64,000 nt of DNA from the IMG/VR virus record IMGVR_UViG_3300050159_000048, one strand, 5' to 3'. The translations under genes and the position numbers were made by a program. The stretch comes from a virus. Taxonomy: Duplodnaviria; Caudoviricetes. Under the pieces are notes generated by a model, which was given only the letters and a program-made list of their open reading frames with translations, had not been told where the DNA came from and did no database searches. Shown here piece after piece: positions 9,454 through 18,482 of the stretch. The number at the start of each line of letters is the position of its first letter. Position 1 is the stretch's first letter.

Positions 9454-9651
9454 ATGCACATGGACAAATTCGACAGCTCGGAAGAAGCGACCGCTTTCGT
9501 TGACGAACTGGAAGCGATGCTGAACGATCCGCGCCTACTGGAGTGGGCAAAGTCAACGGATCAGAACTTCGGCACGAATGCACACTCGCATCTGATCCAT
9601 GCTCGTCGCGCTGTTGACGAGTTCGTCTCGCAGTTGGACGAAGCGAACTAA
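9454..9651 (+). CDS. small hypothetical protein
   Basis: GAGGAG SD. Confidence 0.7.
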   Translation: MHMDKFDSSEEATAFVDELEAMLNDPRLLEWAKSTDQNFGTNAHSHLIHARRAVDEFVSQLDEAN

Positions 9652-9715
9652 CCTGTTGACCAAATATGAGGAGAGTGGTATTATCTCCTCACTGATTCAA
9701 CAACAGGAGCTAAGC

Positions 9716-9886
9716 ATGAGCATGAACAAGTTCATCATCCGCAACGACGTCACTCACCACTCGTGGGAAGCGTCTGCTAGCGAAGCCCGCCTCTACGCGA
9801 TCGGCGGCGCCTGGGACGTCGGCACCTACTCGGTGTTCCGTTCCGACTGCCCGAGCATCTGCCTCTCCGCATTCGACTTCGCCTGA
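9716..9886 (+). CDS. small hypothetical protein
   Basis: CAGGAG SD; promoter at 9656. Confidence 0.7.
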   Translation: MSMNKFIIRNDVTHHSWEASASEARLYAIGGAWDVGTYSVFRSDCPSICLSAFDFA

Positions 9887-9980
9887 CAACGGTTGAGCCT
9901 TACAGTCAACCGCGTTGACCAAATGTGAGGCTGGTGGGATACTGGCTTCACTGTCAAACAACCAAGCAAGGACACACATC

Positions 9981-10529
9981 ATGTCGCAACTGCAAGCTCT
10001 GTTCGCCCCCCTGAAGGATCGTCTCGTTGAAGTGCGTCAGCGCGACGAGTCGGTCAAGGTGTTCCGCCTCTACGCGCTCAGCGACAAGCAGGGCGTGATG
10101 AAGGACTCGAGCAAGGAGCCGTACGTGATCCTGATGGAGCAGGGCGGCGCGGTGACGATGTCGATCCACCCGCAGCACGCCTCCCGCCTGATGAAGAAGG
10201 GCGAAGACAGCGGCATGAAGCTCCTGGAAGCCGTTTGCCAAGCGGAGACGGCTGAGGACACCAGTGAGCCTGTGATCGTCGATTCTACGCCGGTTTTGAC
10301 GGCTTCTCAGCCGGCTGTCGAACCCAAGGCCGCTCCCGCCGTCGAGCCTGCCGTCGCCGAAGCGCCCGTCAAGGCCGCATCGAAGAAGGATCGCGCGGTG
10401 GCGATCTACAAGACGATGGCGGGCAAGCCGCGCAAGGAGATCGTCGCAGCGTTCATGAGTCAACTGGGCCTCTCCGCCCCCGGTGCTTCGACGTACCACC
10501 AGAACTGCAAGTCGGGTCTGTGGTCCTGA
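9981..10529 (+). CDS. hypothetical protein with Ala/Pro linker and putative C-terminal helical DNA-binding domain
   Basis: KKDRAVAIY...RKEIVAAFMSQLGLSAPGASTY helix pattern; promoter at 9915. Confidence 0.75.
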   Translation: MSQLQALFAPLKDRLVEVRQRDESVKVFRLYALSDKQGVMKDSSKEPYVILMEQGGAVTMSIHPQHASRLMKKGEDSGMKLLEAVCQAETAEDTSEPVIVDSTPVLTASQPAVEPKAAPAVEPAVAEAPVKAASKKDRAVAIYKTMAGKPRKEIVAAFMSQLGLSAPGASTYHQNCKSGLWS

Positions 10530-10535
10530 CAACAG

Positions 10536-10577
10536 TTGACCAAACGACAAGGAGATGAGACACTCTCCTTGTCGTTT
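10536..10577 (+). promoter_or_regulatory. early promoter with -10 in loop of a 14-bp hairpin
   Basis: TTGACC-17-GACACT; stem AAACGACAAGGAGA/TCTCCTTGTCGTTT. Confidence 0.75.
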
Positions 10578-10595
10578 ATCAATTGGAGAACAGAA

Positions 10596-10826
10596 ATGTT
10601 CATCGTGGTCACTGGAAACATCGTCAATTGTGGAGAACAGACTCCGTCCGACACGATCGGTGATGTTGACAAGTTCCTCTCTCGGGAGGAAGCTCTCTCC
10701 TTCATCAAGGAGGGGTTTGAGGAGGAGGAGTGGGAGTTCTACGAAACTCCGAATGGTTTCTTCCTTCCTGTCAACGAGGATGAGTTGACAGATGGTTACT
10801 TTTTCTACCGGTTGATTGTGGTCTAA
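10596..10826 (+). CDS. small acidic protein
   Basis: GGAG SD. Confidence 0.7.
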   Translation: MFIVVTGNIVNCGEQTPSDTIGDVDKFLSREEALSFIKEGFEEEEWEFYETPNGFFLPVNEDELTDGYFFYRLIVV

Positions 10827-10830
10827 CCAG

Positions 10831-10868
10831 TTGACCAAAGTGGGGAGATGTGGTATTATCTCCCCACT
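10831..10868 (+). promoter_or_regulatory. early promoter with -10 in hairpin loop
   Basis: TTGACC-17-TATTAT; stem AGTGGGGAGAT/ATCTCCCCACT. Confidence 0.85.
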
Positions 10869-10892
10869 GAATCAACAACGGAGCGCATCCAA

Positions 10893-11168
10893 ATGATTTC
10901 TGTTTTCGTGTTCGAAGGTGGTGAGGGTGTCGGTGATGACAACACCGTCAGTGTCACTGAGTGGTCGGAAGCGGAGCTGATCCGCGTGATCAGCGAATAC
11001 GTTGGTGAATGCGACGGCGTCGCATGGAAGGATCAAACGATCGAATTGGCTGATGACAACGGCCCCAAGATCCTCGGCGATACGTTCGAGATTGTCAACG
11101 GCAATCTCGCACAAGCTGCCAAGTGCGGCGTTGATGGTGGTCAGATCTACGTCGTTCGCTGTATCTGA
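10893..11168 (+). CDS. hypothetical protein
   Basis: GGAG SD, own promoter. Confidence 0.75.
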   Translation: MISVFVFEGGEGVGDDNTVSVTEWSEAELIRVISEYVGECDGVAWKDQTIELADDNGPKILGDTFEIVNGNLAQAAKCGVDGGQIYVVRCI

Positions 11169-11233
11169 CCAGTTGTCCAAAGCGAGGAGATGTGTTATTA
11201 TCTCCTCACTGAATCAACAACCGGACACGAACC

Positions 11234-11473
11234 ATGTACGACAAGCTGATGGCCCGCTTCCCGAAAGTTGAAGCTCTGATCACGGACCTGATCTGTGAAG
11301 GCGCTCACCTGACGACCGACGCTGCTGTTGAGGCGATTCGTGAAGTGTATGACCGCGAAGGTCCGTACGAATACGCTAAGCGTTTCGGCCTGCTGGTCGA
11401 CGGCAGCGGCGAAGAGTTCGCGATCGAGTGGATGTCGTTCTACAACGAATACGCTGGTCGCTCGGTGTATTGA
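11234..11473 (+). CDS. hypothetical protein
   Basis: own promoter at 11173. Confidence 0.75.
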   Translation: MYDKLMARFPKVEALITDLICEGAHLTTDAAVEAIREVYDREGPYEYAKRFGLLVDGSGEEFAIEWMSFYNEYAGRSVY

Positions 11474-11537
11474 GCGTTGACCAAGATGAGGGGACGAGGT
11501 ATCATCTCCTCACCTAATCAACAACCGGAGAGCTGAG

Positions 11538-11837
11538 ATGGCTACCCTCACGATGCACCCGTATGACGCCAGCCGCGTCAGCTGGAACATGGTCGACAAG
11601 AGGGCTTCGGCGTTCGCCAGCGACCTCGGGCTTCGGCCAGGCCACCGCTTCGAGAGCATCTACGACGATGCGTGTGACGACGGGATCTGCATCGTCAACC
11701 ACAATACCGGACGGGCTGTTGTGTGGGCGCTGCGTGCGGACGCCACCAGTGAAGCGTTCCGGTTCGTGCCGGCCACCGAGTCCATCCACAAGTACCCGCA
11801 CATGCAGGGGTGGGAGCTGACGATCTACAACACGTGA
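11538..11837 (+). CDS. hypothetical protein
   Basis: GGAG SD; promoter at 11477. Confidence 0.8.
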   Translation: MATLTMHPYDASRVSWNMVDKRASAFASDLGLRPGHRFESIYDDACDDGICIVNHNTGRAVVWALRADATSEAFRFVPATESIHKYPHMQGWELTIYNT

Positions 11838-11903
11838 CCAGTTGACCAAACACGAGGAGGGTGGGATACTCTCCTCATTGGTTAAGCAATCAGGAGTCGC
11901 AAG

Positions 11904-12086
11904 ATGCACACGTTCGCAAACATGATCCACTTCATCAGCACCGCCTACACCGGCGGCGGCCTGAAGAGCATCATTCGCTACATGGGTCTGCAGCACCCCG
12001 ACCGCGTCACGGACATGTACCTGCGTGGCGAGCCGGCCAACTACATCGCAGCCGCAACGCTCGCCGTCAATCAGATCGGTGCTTGA
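11904..12086 (+). CDS. small hypothetical protein
   Basis: CAGGAG SD; promoter at 11842. Confidence 0.75.
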   Translation: MHTFANMIHFISTAYTGGGLKSIIRYMGLQHPDRVTDMYLRGEPANYIAAATLAVNQIGA

Positions 12087-12146
12087 TAGCGTTGACCTAG
12101 TAGTGGGGGTGAGGTATTATCCCCTCATAGCAACCAAGGAGCACAC

Positions 12147-12380
12147 ATGAGCCAGCCCGTCTTTGTCGGCACCGCCTTCACCGGTCAGCCCGTCACCGCT
12201 GATGAGAAGGTGGAGTGTCCCGGCTGTGGTGAGTTGTGCGGACTGCGCAGCACTGGCTGGTTCGATCAGTACCGCGAAGAGAGCAAGGCGTCGCCTGCAG
12301 GCGGGGTGTATGTGCACTTCGGTTGCCTGTCACAGCGCCGGTTCGAAGAGGTCAACGAAGTTCACGCTGTCGCGGGTTGA
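12147..12380 (+). CDS. small Cys-containing (zinc-binding?) protein
   Basis: CPGC...HFGC; AAGGAG SD. Confidence 0.75.
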   Translation: MSQPVFVGTAFTGQPVTADEKVECPGCGELCGLRSTGWFDQYREESKASPAGGVYVHFGCLSQRRFEEVNEVHAVAG

Positions 12381-12467
12381 GGGCCAGCACAATGCAGAAG
12401 AGCAAGGTTGACTGGTTGGCTGAGCTGAAGTATACTTCGGTCAAGGTCAAACAAGGAGAGAAGCAAC

Positions 12468-12722
12468 ATGGACATCAGCGAGCTGATCAAGCAAGTGCGG
12501 CGGTGGGTGCTGGGCGCCTGCACCGAGTGGAACGAGCAGGTGAAACAGTTCGCCGACCTGAACGGCGTTGAGTTCCGCGCGTTTGTTGAGCGCACAGCCA
12601 ATGTGGTGATCCGCTACATCCGCGGGCAGCAGACGCTGGACGGCTCGTGCAGTGACCTGGAGTGCACGCTCGCCATCGAGGCACGGCACGTGTTCGGGTG
12701 GCATTCGACTTCGGTTGACTGA
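12468..12722 (+). CDS. hypothetical protein
   Basis: AAGGAG SD; promoter at 12408. Confidence 0.75.
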   Translation: MDISELIKQVRRWVLGACTEWNEQVKQFADLNGVEFRAFVERTANVVIRYIRGQQTLDGSCSDLECTLAIEARHVFGWHSTSVD

Positions 12723-12772
12723 ACGAAGGGGGAGGTGTTATCATCCCCCCTTTTTACCTCAGGAGTTCGTAT

Positions 12773-13141
12773 ATGAACAAGCTGATCGCTTCCCTTATGC
12801 TCGCCCTGGCTGGCTTCGCGCAAGCTGCCACGACGAGCTCGTCAACCAAAGTCGAAGTACTGTCCGCTCAGACAAGTGCTGTGGTTGACTACGGCGCCAT
12901 GCCACGCATGATGATGTTCCACTCGGAACGCAATGCGATATCGGTAGACGGCATGATCCTAGTCTGCCTTCGCGAATTCCGCGCGAAGGAGGGTGATTGC
13001 ACTCACCCAACGACGGGCGAAAACGCTTGGCGTGAACTAGGCTCCATCGCTCCAAGCGGCTGGAAGGTTGTTGCGTATGATGTCCGGTTTGTTGGTTCTG
13101 GTTACCGATACGTGATCGTGTACTTTGCACGTGTGAAGTGA
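12773..13141 (+). CDS. secreted/periplasmic protein
   Basis: signal peptide MNKLIASLMLALAGFAQA; CAGGAG SD. Confidence 0.75.
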   Translation: MNKLIASLMLALAGFAQAATTSSSTKVEVLSAQTSAVVDYGAMPRMMMFHSERNAISVDGMILVCLREFRAKEGDCTHPTTGENAWRELGSIAPSGWKVVAYDVRFVGSGYRYVIVYFARVK

Positions 13142-13193
13142 TCTCCGGTGACTATCCCGTAAATAGCGGGATACAGTCAAGGAGACCACTTCA

Positions 13194-13454
13194 ATGAAAG
13201 TAGCAGACCTGTTCGAAGGCGCAATGAAGCGCAGTGACCCGTACGTTAGCGGCGATCGGGAGGGAGCCCCAGCCCCCGCGGCTCCTAAGAAGCGTAAGGT
13301 TGATAGGTTCGAGACGATGGCTCGCAAGGCTGGTGTCAGCGTCGCCGCTGTTCGTAGTGCATGGCACGCCGCTAAGAAGGAAGTCGACATGTCCCGCACC
13401 AATGCGTATGCGATTGTACAGCGAAAGGTGATGGACCAGCTAGCGGCACGCTGA
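13194..13454 (+). CDS. putative internal head protein (late, CTS-like N-terminus)
   Basis: TAAATA at 13160; N-terminus MKVADLFE; basic. Confidence 0.65.
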   Translation: MKVADLFEGAMKRSDPYVSGDREGAPAPAAPKKRKVDRFETMARKAGVSVAAVRSAWHAAKKEVDMSRTNAYAIVQRKVMDQLAAR

Positions 13455-13490
13455 GCCTGCTGATCGCTGCGCACAACTGCGTTGACCACC

Positions 13491-13818
13491 GGTGAGGGTT
13501 GATGTATCATCCCCTCATTGATTCAATAAGGACGCAAGTGATGACTCTCCTCGAGCAGATCAACCAGCAACAACAGGTTGTGCATGCTGCTGAAGATGCC
13601 CGCCGTGAGGCGGCCGTGCAGCTGAACAAGCTCCTTGACCAACGCATGGACTGCGACCATGACTTCAGCAAGCCGTTGAAGGGATACGAACACGAAGGTG
13701 GTCATTGCGTCAAGTGTGGCATCAACGAAGTGTTCTGGGCTTGCACCAAGCGTTGATCGTGCGATGACCTAAGTTGACCATTGGTGAGGGTTGATGTATC
13801 ATCCCCTCATTGATTCAA
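13491..13818 (+). repeat. 36-bp direct repeat of a promoter cassette (13491-13526 and 13783-13818)
   Basis: GGTGAGGGTTGATGTATCATCCCCTCATTGATTCAA identical twice, each after TTGACC. Confidence 0.9.
13541..13756 (+). CDS. small coiled-coil plus zinc-finger protein
   Basis: CDH...HCVKC; AAGGA SD. Confidence 0.7.
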   Translation: MTLLEQINQQQQVVHAAEDARREAAVQLNKLLDQRMDCDHDFSKPLKGYEHEGGHCVKCGINEVFWACTKR

Positions 13819-13833
13819 CTGGAGAACAATCAC

Positions 13834-14070
13834 ATGACCAACGAAGACCAAGTCCGCTCTCTCGTCAAAGGCACTACTGTTGCAAAGGCGGTTGAAGTGC
13901 TGGAGCGGCTAAAGAAGCTCGCCGCATTGAAGATCGCCTCTGACAATGAAGACTTCAACGCGTGCGACTACAGCGGCGGCAACTACGACGATGCCTTCGA
14001 CATTGGTGAGTGGTGCGGTAAAGTGCAGGCAGCTCGTGACCTGCTGGATGAGCTCGGGATCGAGTACTGA
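13834..14070 (+). CDS. hypothetical protein
   Basis: GGAG SD. Confidence 0.75.
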   Translation: MTNEDQVRSLVKGTTVAKAVEVLERLKKLAALKIASDNEDFNACDYSGGNYDDAFDIGEWCGKVQAARDLLDELGIEY

Positions 14071-14075
14071 GCTGT

Positions 14076-14291
14076 ATGAGTGAACAAACAAATGCGTACG
14101 GTGAGCGTTGGTTGGTGTGTCCGGAGTGCAGTAGCCGAGACGTTGCCGTTACCGCTGAGCAAATGCTGATGGTGAACACCGGCGACCATTACTGCCATAG
14201 CGTCAAGGCGCATGACGATGATGCAAAAGCTAGGTGCCTGGATTGTGGCTGGGCTGGTGCGCGCAGCGACCTCAGCACTGAAAGCGACTGA
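14076..14291 (+). CDS. zinc-ribbon protein
   Basis: CPEC...CLDC. Confidence 0.7.
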   Translation: MSEQTNAYGERWLVCPECSSRDVAVTAEQMLMVNTGDHYCHSVKAHDDDAKARCLDCGWAGARSDLSTESD

Positions 14292-14302
14292 ACCAGACCG
14301 CG

Positions 14303-14340
14303 TTGACCTACGATAGGGGGATGAGAGATCATCCCCCTAT
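14303..14340 (+). promoter_or_regulatory. early promoter within a 12-bp hairpin
   Basis: TTGACC-18-GATCAT; stem ATAGGGGGATGA/TCATCCCCCTAT. Confidence 0.7.
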
Positions 14341-14360
14341 TCTATTATAGGAGTCGAATA

Positions 14361-14921
14361 ATGGCAACACAAAAGAAGAAGGCTGTGAAGGTGCAGCCTC
14401 AGAAGCCTGTGACGAACCAAGTGTCCGCCTACCAGGCTGCGCTCGCCGTGTTCGCCAAGGGCGGTCTCAACTACTCGATGATCGTGCTGGCTCTTGCCCA
14501 GAAGCACCCGTCACTGTTCCTGGAGCTGGCTGCAGAGGGATCGCGACCCGCGCCAACCAATGATGAACCAGAGTCAATGCTACAAGCGATCCGTGAGCGC
14601 AAGCAACAAGCTGATGTCAAGGTGGCTTACACCAATGGAGGCCAGCAAGTGGCCAGGGGCAACCGGGATACGCTGACTAAGGTGCTGCAGGCACTCCGCA
14701 GCAAGGCTCCGATCCCTGCGATCAAGCTGCTCCGGGAGCGGTTCGGCTACGGCCTGAGGGATGCGAAGGACATCGTTGACGCCGTCCGGTTGACGATGTG
14801 GCAGCGCGATCAGCTGCCGGGGGATAAGCCCATGTTCTCCGGCCGTACGTTGGAGCTCCAGCACCAACACGTAGTGCATGCTCTGCTGATGATCGCCGAA
14901 GAAGACCATCCCGCTCGTTGA
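14361..14921 (+). CDS. protein with ribosomal L7/L12 C-terminal-like domain
   Basis: PIPAIKLLRERFGYGLRDAKDIVDA matches the L7/L12 CTD helix motif. Confidence 0.6.
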   Translation: MATQKKKAVKVQPQKPVTNQVSAYQAALAVFAKGGLNYSMIVLALAQKHPSLFLELAAEGSRPAPTNDEPESMLQAIRERKQQADVKVAYTNGGQQVARGNRDTLTKVLQALRSKAPIPAIKLLRERFGYGLRDAKDIVDAVRLTMWQRDQLPGDKPMFSGRTLELQHQHVVHALLMIAEEDHPAR

Positions 14922-14942
14922 GCCTACGGTAGGAGTTAGTGT

Positions 14943-15545
14943 ATGCTTACGGAAGAGGAACGCGCTGATGTGTGGCTTCGTGCCCGTGTTAATGGACAGT
15001 TCGCTCCAAGCACAAAGTATCCAGGTCGGTATGATGTGAACGGAAACTTTACACTTCAACCAACAGATACCGAGATTGAAGTACCGATCGGGATCGTCAG
15101 TGGCTCGTTCTTCGTCGGGGTGATGTTTGACGACGATCAGCGCATGTGCTGCAGGCTGGAGTCTCTGCATAACGGGCCGGTTGAAGTGGCGAGGAACTTC
15201 AACCTGGCTCGAGCGCCCATTAAATCGCTCGAGTACGGACCTCAAGTTGTTGGTGGGGACTATTCGGCCGCAAAGACGAAGGTGGCTTCACTTGAACACA
15301 TTGCGCCCGTGATCGGGGGTTGTCTCAACGTCTCCAGGACCCCGTTCAGTGACCAAGCTGCTAAGTATCTGCTGTGGCCGTTTGCGATGAAGAGCTCGTT
15401 TACCTCAGTCAGCTTCTTTAAGACTGAGCTTGCGGTAGAGAACATTATCAACAAGCACCTGGCTGAAGGCGACATGCTGACGTGCCAGGAGGAGTTGATT
15501 GATGCGGGGTTTGCTCAGTGCGCCCGGTTGCCACCGAAAGGGTAA
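14943..15545 (+). CDS. hypothetical protein with short LRR-like repeats
   Basis: IKSLEYGPQVVGGD / VASLEHIAPVIGG repeats. Confidence 0.65.
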   Translation: MLTEEERADVWLRARVNGQFAPSTKYPGRYDVNGNFTLQPTDTEIEVPIGIVSGSFFVGVMFDDDQRMCCRLESLHNGPVEVARNFNLARAPIKSLEYGPQVVGGDYSAAKTKVASLEHIAPVIGGCLNVSRTPFSDQAAKYLLWPFAMKSSFTSVSFFKTELAVENIINKHLAEGDMLTCQEELIDAGFAQCARLPPKG

Positions 15546-15592
15546 TCAAGCTATAGTCTCCCCTATTGTAACACATACAGAGGAGCACGCAC

Positions 15593-15910
15593 ATGATCGA
15601 ACTACACGACAATCCGGAAGCATTGTTCGAGGCGGACAACCAAGACCGCTTTCTGCTAGGTGGCCGAGAGGTGGTGCTCTGTGAGTGTTGGCTGGGTGGT
15701 CACTCGATCTACATCAGCGCTGCTGACAGTCCCGGCTACCACAACCCCGCGCTCGCTAAGGAGCTGGAAGAGTCGGATAACCTTTTTAGTGACGGCCCCA
15801 ACTACAGCGACGTGTGGTGGCATGTGCGGCCTAGCGCTGACGGAGCTGCGGTGCATACCGTCCAGCAGATGGTTGACATGATCAAGAATCGCCTGTACGC
15901 TATTGGCTAA
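15593..15910 (+). CDS. hypothetical protein
   Basis: GAGGAG SD. Confidence 0.8.
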   Translation: MIELHDNPEALFEADNQDRFLLGGREVVLCECWLGGHSIYISAADSPGYHNPALAKELEESDNLFSDGPNYSDVWWHVRPSADGAAVHTVQQMVDMIKNRLYAIG

Positions 15911-16043
15911 TGAGAGCACACGGAGCAAGACGCACCTATGCCAAGTGCAGGGTGGTGAGAGCAGGGTTCGGCAAGAAGATCGTCGTTCGACTGCACGTAA
16001 AGAACCACAAGACTGATAGGCAGAAGCCTGTTGGTGAGGAAAC

Positions 16044-16301
16044 ATGATGGCAACAAAGAAAGTACAGACGAAGGTGACAAGGCCACCCACTGCAAGGATA
16101 ACCCACAAGCCGCTTGAGTGCTTCACCATTCGTGAGCCGGTGGAAGAGGTGGAGGTGGTCGTTAACGGCAAGAAGCAGAAGGTGTGGCGGTTCCAGGAGT
16201 ACCATTATACCACCGATGAACGTCCTGTGACACACAACGGTGTGCAGTACATTCCTGTGCAGTCGTTCCATCCGTCACTGATGGTGAAGGAGACCGTATG
16301 A
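16044..16301 (+). CDS. hypothetical protein
   Basis: GAGGA SD. Confidence 0.7.
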   Translation: MMATKKVQTKVTRPPTARITHKPLECFTIREPVEEVEVVVNGKKQKVWRFQEYHYTTDERPVTHNGVQYIPVQSFHPSLMVKETV

Positions 16302-16501
16302 TCGGTTCTATTGCTTGGATGACTGCGGCGATCGTTGCGGTGCTCATTGTCCTGCTATACCTCCCGCTGGTCTTGTTAGTTGTTGGGAGCTTTGTGGGAC
16401 TATTCGCGTTAATGTGGGCTCTCGGCGTACCGATTGTGGTGACCAAGAACGGAAAGAAGATTGGCTACTACAAGTGGCTGACATTCTACCGCAATGAGTA
16501 A
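16298..16501 (+). CDS. small membrane protein
   Basis: long hydrophobic stretch; ATGA coupling. Confidence 0.7.
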   Translation: MIGSIAWMTAAIVAVLIVLLYLPLVLLVVGSFVGLFALMWALGVPIVVTKNGKKIGYYKWLTFYRNE

Positions 16502-16517
16502 GCGTTGAGGTGCACAC

Positions 16518-16967
16518 ATGCTGATTCTAGAGAACCGTAAGGCCCGCTTTGATTATCACATCGGTGATGTGATCCAAGTCGGCATAGTGTTGGAGGGGTG
16601 GGAGGTCAAGTCGATCCGTGACCACCGGTTGACAATGCCGGCTGGGTATGTGATCATCCGCGACGGAGAGTTGTGGTTGACGGGGTTGACAATCACTCCG
16701 CTCAACTCTGCCAGCACCCACGTCACCGCTGTGAAGGACCGCACGCGCAAGTTGTTAGCAAAGCGTAAGGAGATTGACAGACTGATTGGGTCGATTGATC
16801 AGAAGGGGTACACAATTGTCCCCGTTTCTTTGGTCTGGCACAACGGAGTCGTCAAGGTCAACATTGCACTTGCAAAGGGCAAATCTCATAGCGACAAGCG
16901 TCACTCCGAACACGACAAAGATGTTGCTCGAGAGATTGATCGGATGTTGAAAAACAAAGGAAGGTAA
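16518..16967 (+). CDS. smpB: SsrA-binding protein SmpB
   Basis: NRKARFDY...GIVLEGWEVKSIR...RTRKLL...KGYTIVP...KVNIALAKGK..DKR hallmark motifs. Confidence 0.97.
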   Translation: MLILENRKARFDYHIGDVIQVGIVLEGWEVKSIRDHRLTMPAGYVIIRDGELWLTGLTITPLNSASTHVTAVKDRTRKLLAKRKEIDRLIGSIDQKGYTIVPVSLVWHNGVVKVNIALAKGKSHSDKRHSEHDKDVAREIDRMLKNKGR

Positions 16968-16973
16968 CAGACA

Positions 16974-17369
16974 ATGAGCACGTTGAAGGAACTAATCAAC
17001 AAGGCGATCTCGGACATCGACCTATACAAGCATCCTGATATTGACGAGGCGAAGGCTCGACTGGACGAGTTGCTCGTCGCCGCAGGGTTAGGGACAATCA
17101 AGGGCGACTACTTGTCTGACCTGGATATGTACAACAACAAGCTGCACATCCGTACGGAGTGGAGTGCTCGTGGTTGTGCCAATCACAGCGATTATGAACT
17201 GCCGATCAGTATCCTCGAAGCAGAGGATCCAATCAAGGCTGCAACTGTGTGGGGCCTGCAGCAAAAGATCGATCAAGAGACGGCACAGATCAGGACGTAC
17301 CAAGCGTACGTTGATAGCGCCACCACTCGGGTCATCGATCTGCTCCAGCGGTTAGGAGAGGTGCAGTGA
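16974..17369 (+). CDS. hypothetical protein
   Basis: ORF track, operon context. Confidence 0.8.
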   Translation: MSTLKELINKAISDIDLYKHPDIDEAKARLDELLVAAGLGTIKGDYLSDLDMYNNKLHIRTEWSARGCANHSDYELPISILEAEDPIKAATVWGLQQKIDQETAQIRTYQAYVDSATTRVIDLLQRLGEVQ

Positions 17370-17774
17370 TTGTACTATACATTGCGGTGATGATCATCAC
17401 TGCAGGTATGATTGGTGGAGTGCGAGACGGGATGGAGGGAGTCCTCGACCTAGCAACAATCATCTTCTGGCCTGTAGCTCTTGCATTTTGGACACTCTAC
17501 TGGATAATCAAGTCGCTGTACCGTTTTGGGCAGTGGCTGGGGAAGGGACTTGATGGCTAAGCAGACTTGGGGTCTACAAATTCCGGGGTATAGTAGCCCC
17601 AGTGTAGCACAGCAGAAGCGGTTCGCCAAGATGTATCCTGAGGAGCTTGCTTGGCATCAGCTTGACCAGGAGTTGGATGAACGCGACCGCATGATTGAGC
17701 AGCTTCGGAAGAAGCGTCTTGCTGACAACACACAGACGGCTAAATAGGACAACTGTTTGTGAGGAGATGATAGC

Positions 17775-18125
17775 ATGCTATTGAACGAAGTAACCCAACC
17801 GCCTAAGAAAAAGAAGTGGACGATGCCTGATGGCAAGACGCGGTCCGCTGCTGAAGGTCCGTGGATCGCTTCTGACGATATCAGGCCGTTCCTCGCATGG
17901 TTGACCACTCAAGGGATTGAGTGGCGCGAGCACCCGGGACTGATGAGTAACGGTTATCAAGTGCGCCATGACGGACACTGGATGGGTCTGTTGTGGAATA
18001 AGAACTGGCGGCGCTATACTGCTGACCGCCGTCTCACATTGATTGTGCAAAGCTTCGCGGCTGAAAAAGCGCAGGCCGTTGAGAGGATGCAGCAGCCCCG
18101 TCCTACCCTTTCTCTCAAGCGTTGA
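17775..18125 (+). CDS. hypothetical late protein (MLLNE N-terminus)
   Basis: TAAATA at 17741; GAGGAG SD. Confidence 0.7.
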   Translation: MLLNEVTQPPKKKKWTMPDGKTRSAAEGPWIASDDIRPFLAWLTTQGIEWREHPGLMSNGYQVRHDGHWMGLLWNKNWRRYTADRRLTLIVQSFAAEKAQAVERMQQPRPTLSLKR

Positions 18126-18182
18126 TCACTTTTAGGGGTTAACGTTATAGTGTCCTCTAACACATCCCCTTGAGGACACATA

Positions 18183-18482
18183 ATGAACAAGCTCAGTATA
18201 TTGGTAGCAGTTGTAATGTCTGCTACTGCCGTTGGGTGTACCCAAAGCAACCAACCAACCTCGCTTCCAACTGAAGTGGAGCAAGCGATCACACTGGTCA
18301 ATAGCAAAACGCTCAGCGACTGCCTGTATGAGCGGATCATGATGCCAGTCTCAGGCGTCATCGGTAGCCATCTTGTCACAATGCACGTAATTCGCTGCCC
18401 GAACAGCTCTGTCACGACGAAGACGGAAGGGAAGTACCCCGTGTCCACCACCTCCGTTGACCAGCGCGGAAGTGGCAAGTAA
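18183..18482 (+). CDS. lipoprotein
   Basis: signal peptide with lipobox AVGC. Confidence 0.7.
   Translation: MNKLSILVAVVMSATAVGCTQSNQPTSLPTEVEQAITLVNSKTLSDCLYERIMMPVSGVIGSHLVTMHVIRCPNSSVTTKTEGKYPVSTTSVDQRGSGK

Noticed and set aside
3624-10838. Long minus-strand ORFs (3624-4517, 8611-9459, 9954-10838) and similar antisense ORFs such as 52838-53611 (+)
   Set aside because: Shadow frames of GC3-biased genes on the other strand; no SD or promoter and low-quality translations.
4282-13818. Recurrent 20-36 bp repeats separated by unique sequence (CRISPR-like)
   Set aside because: The spacers are 200-600 bp protein-coding genes and the repeats are promoter/RBS modules; no cas genes.
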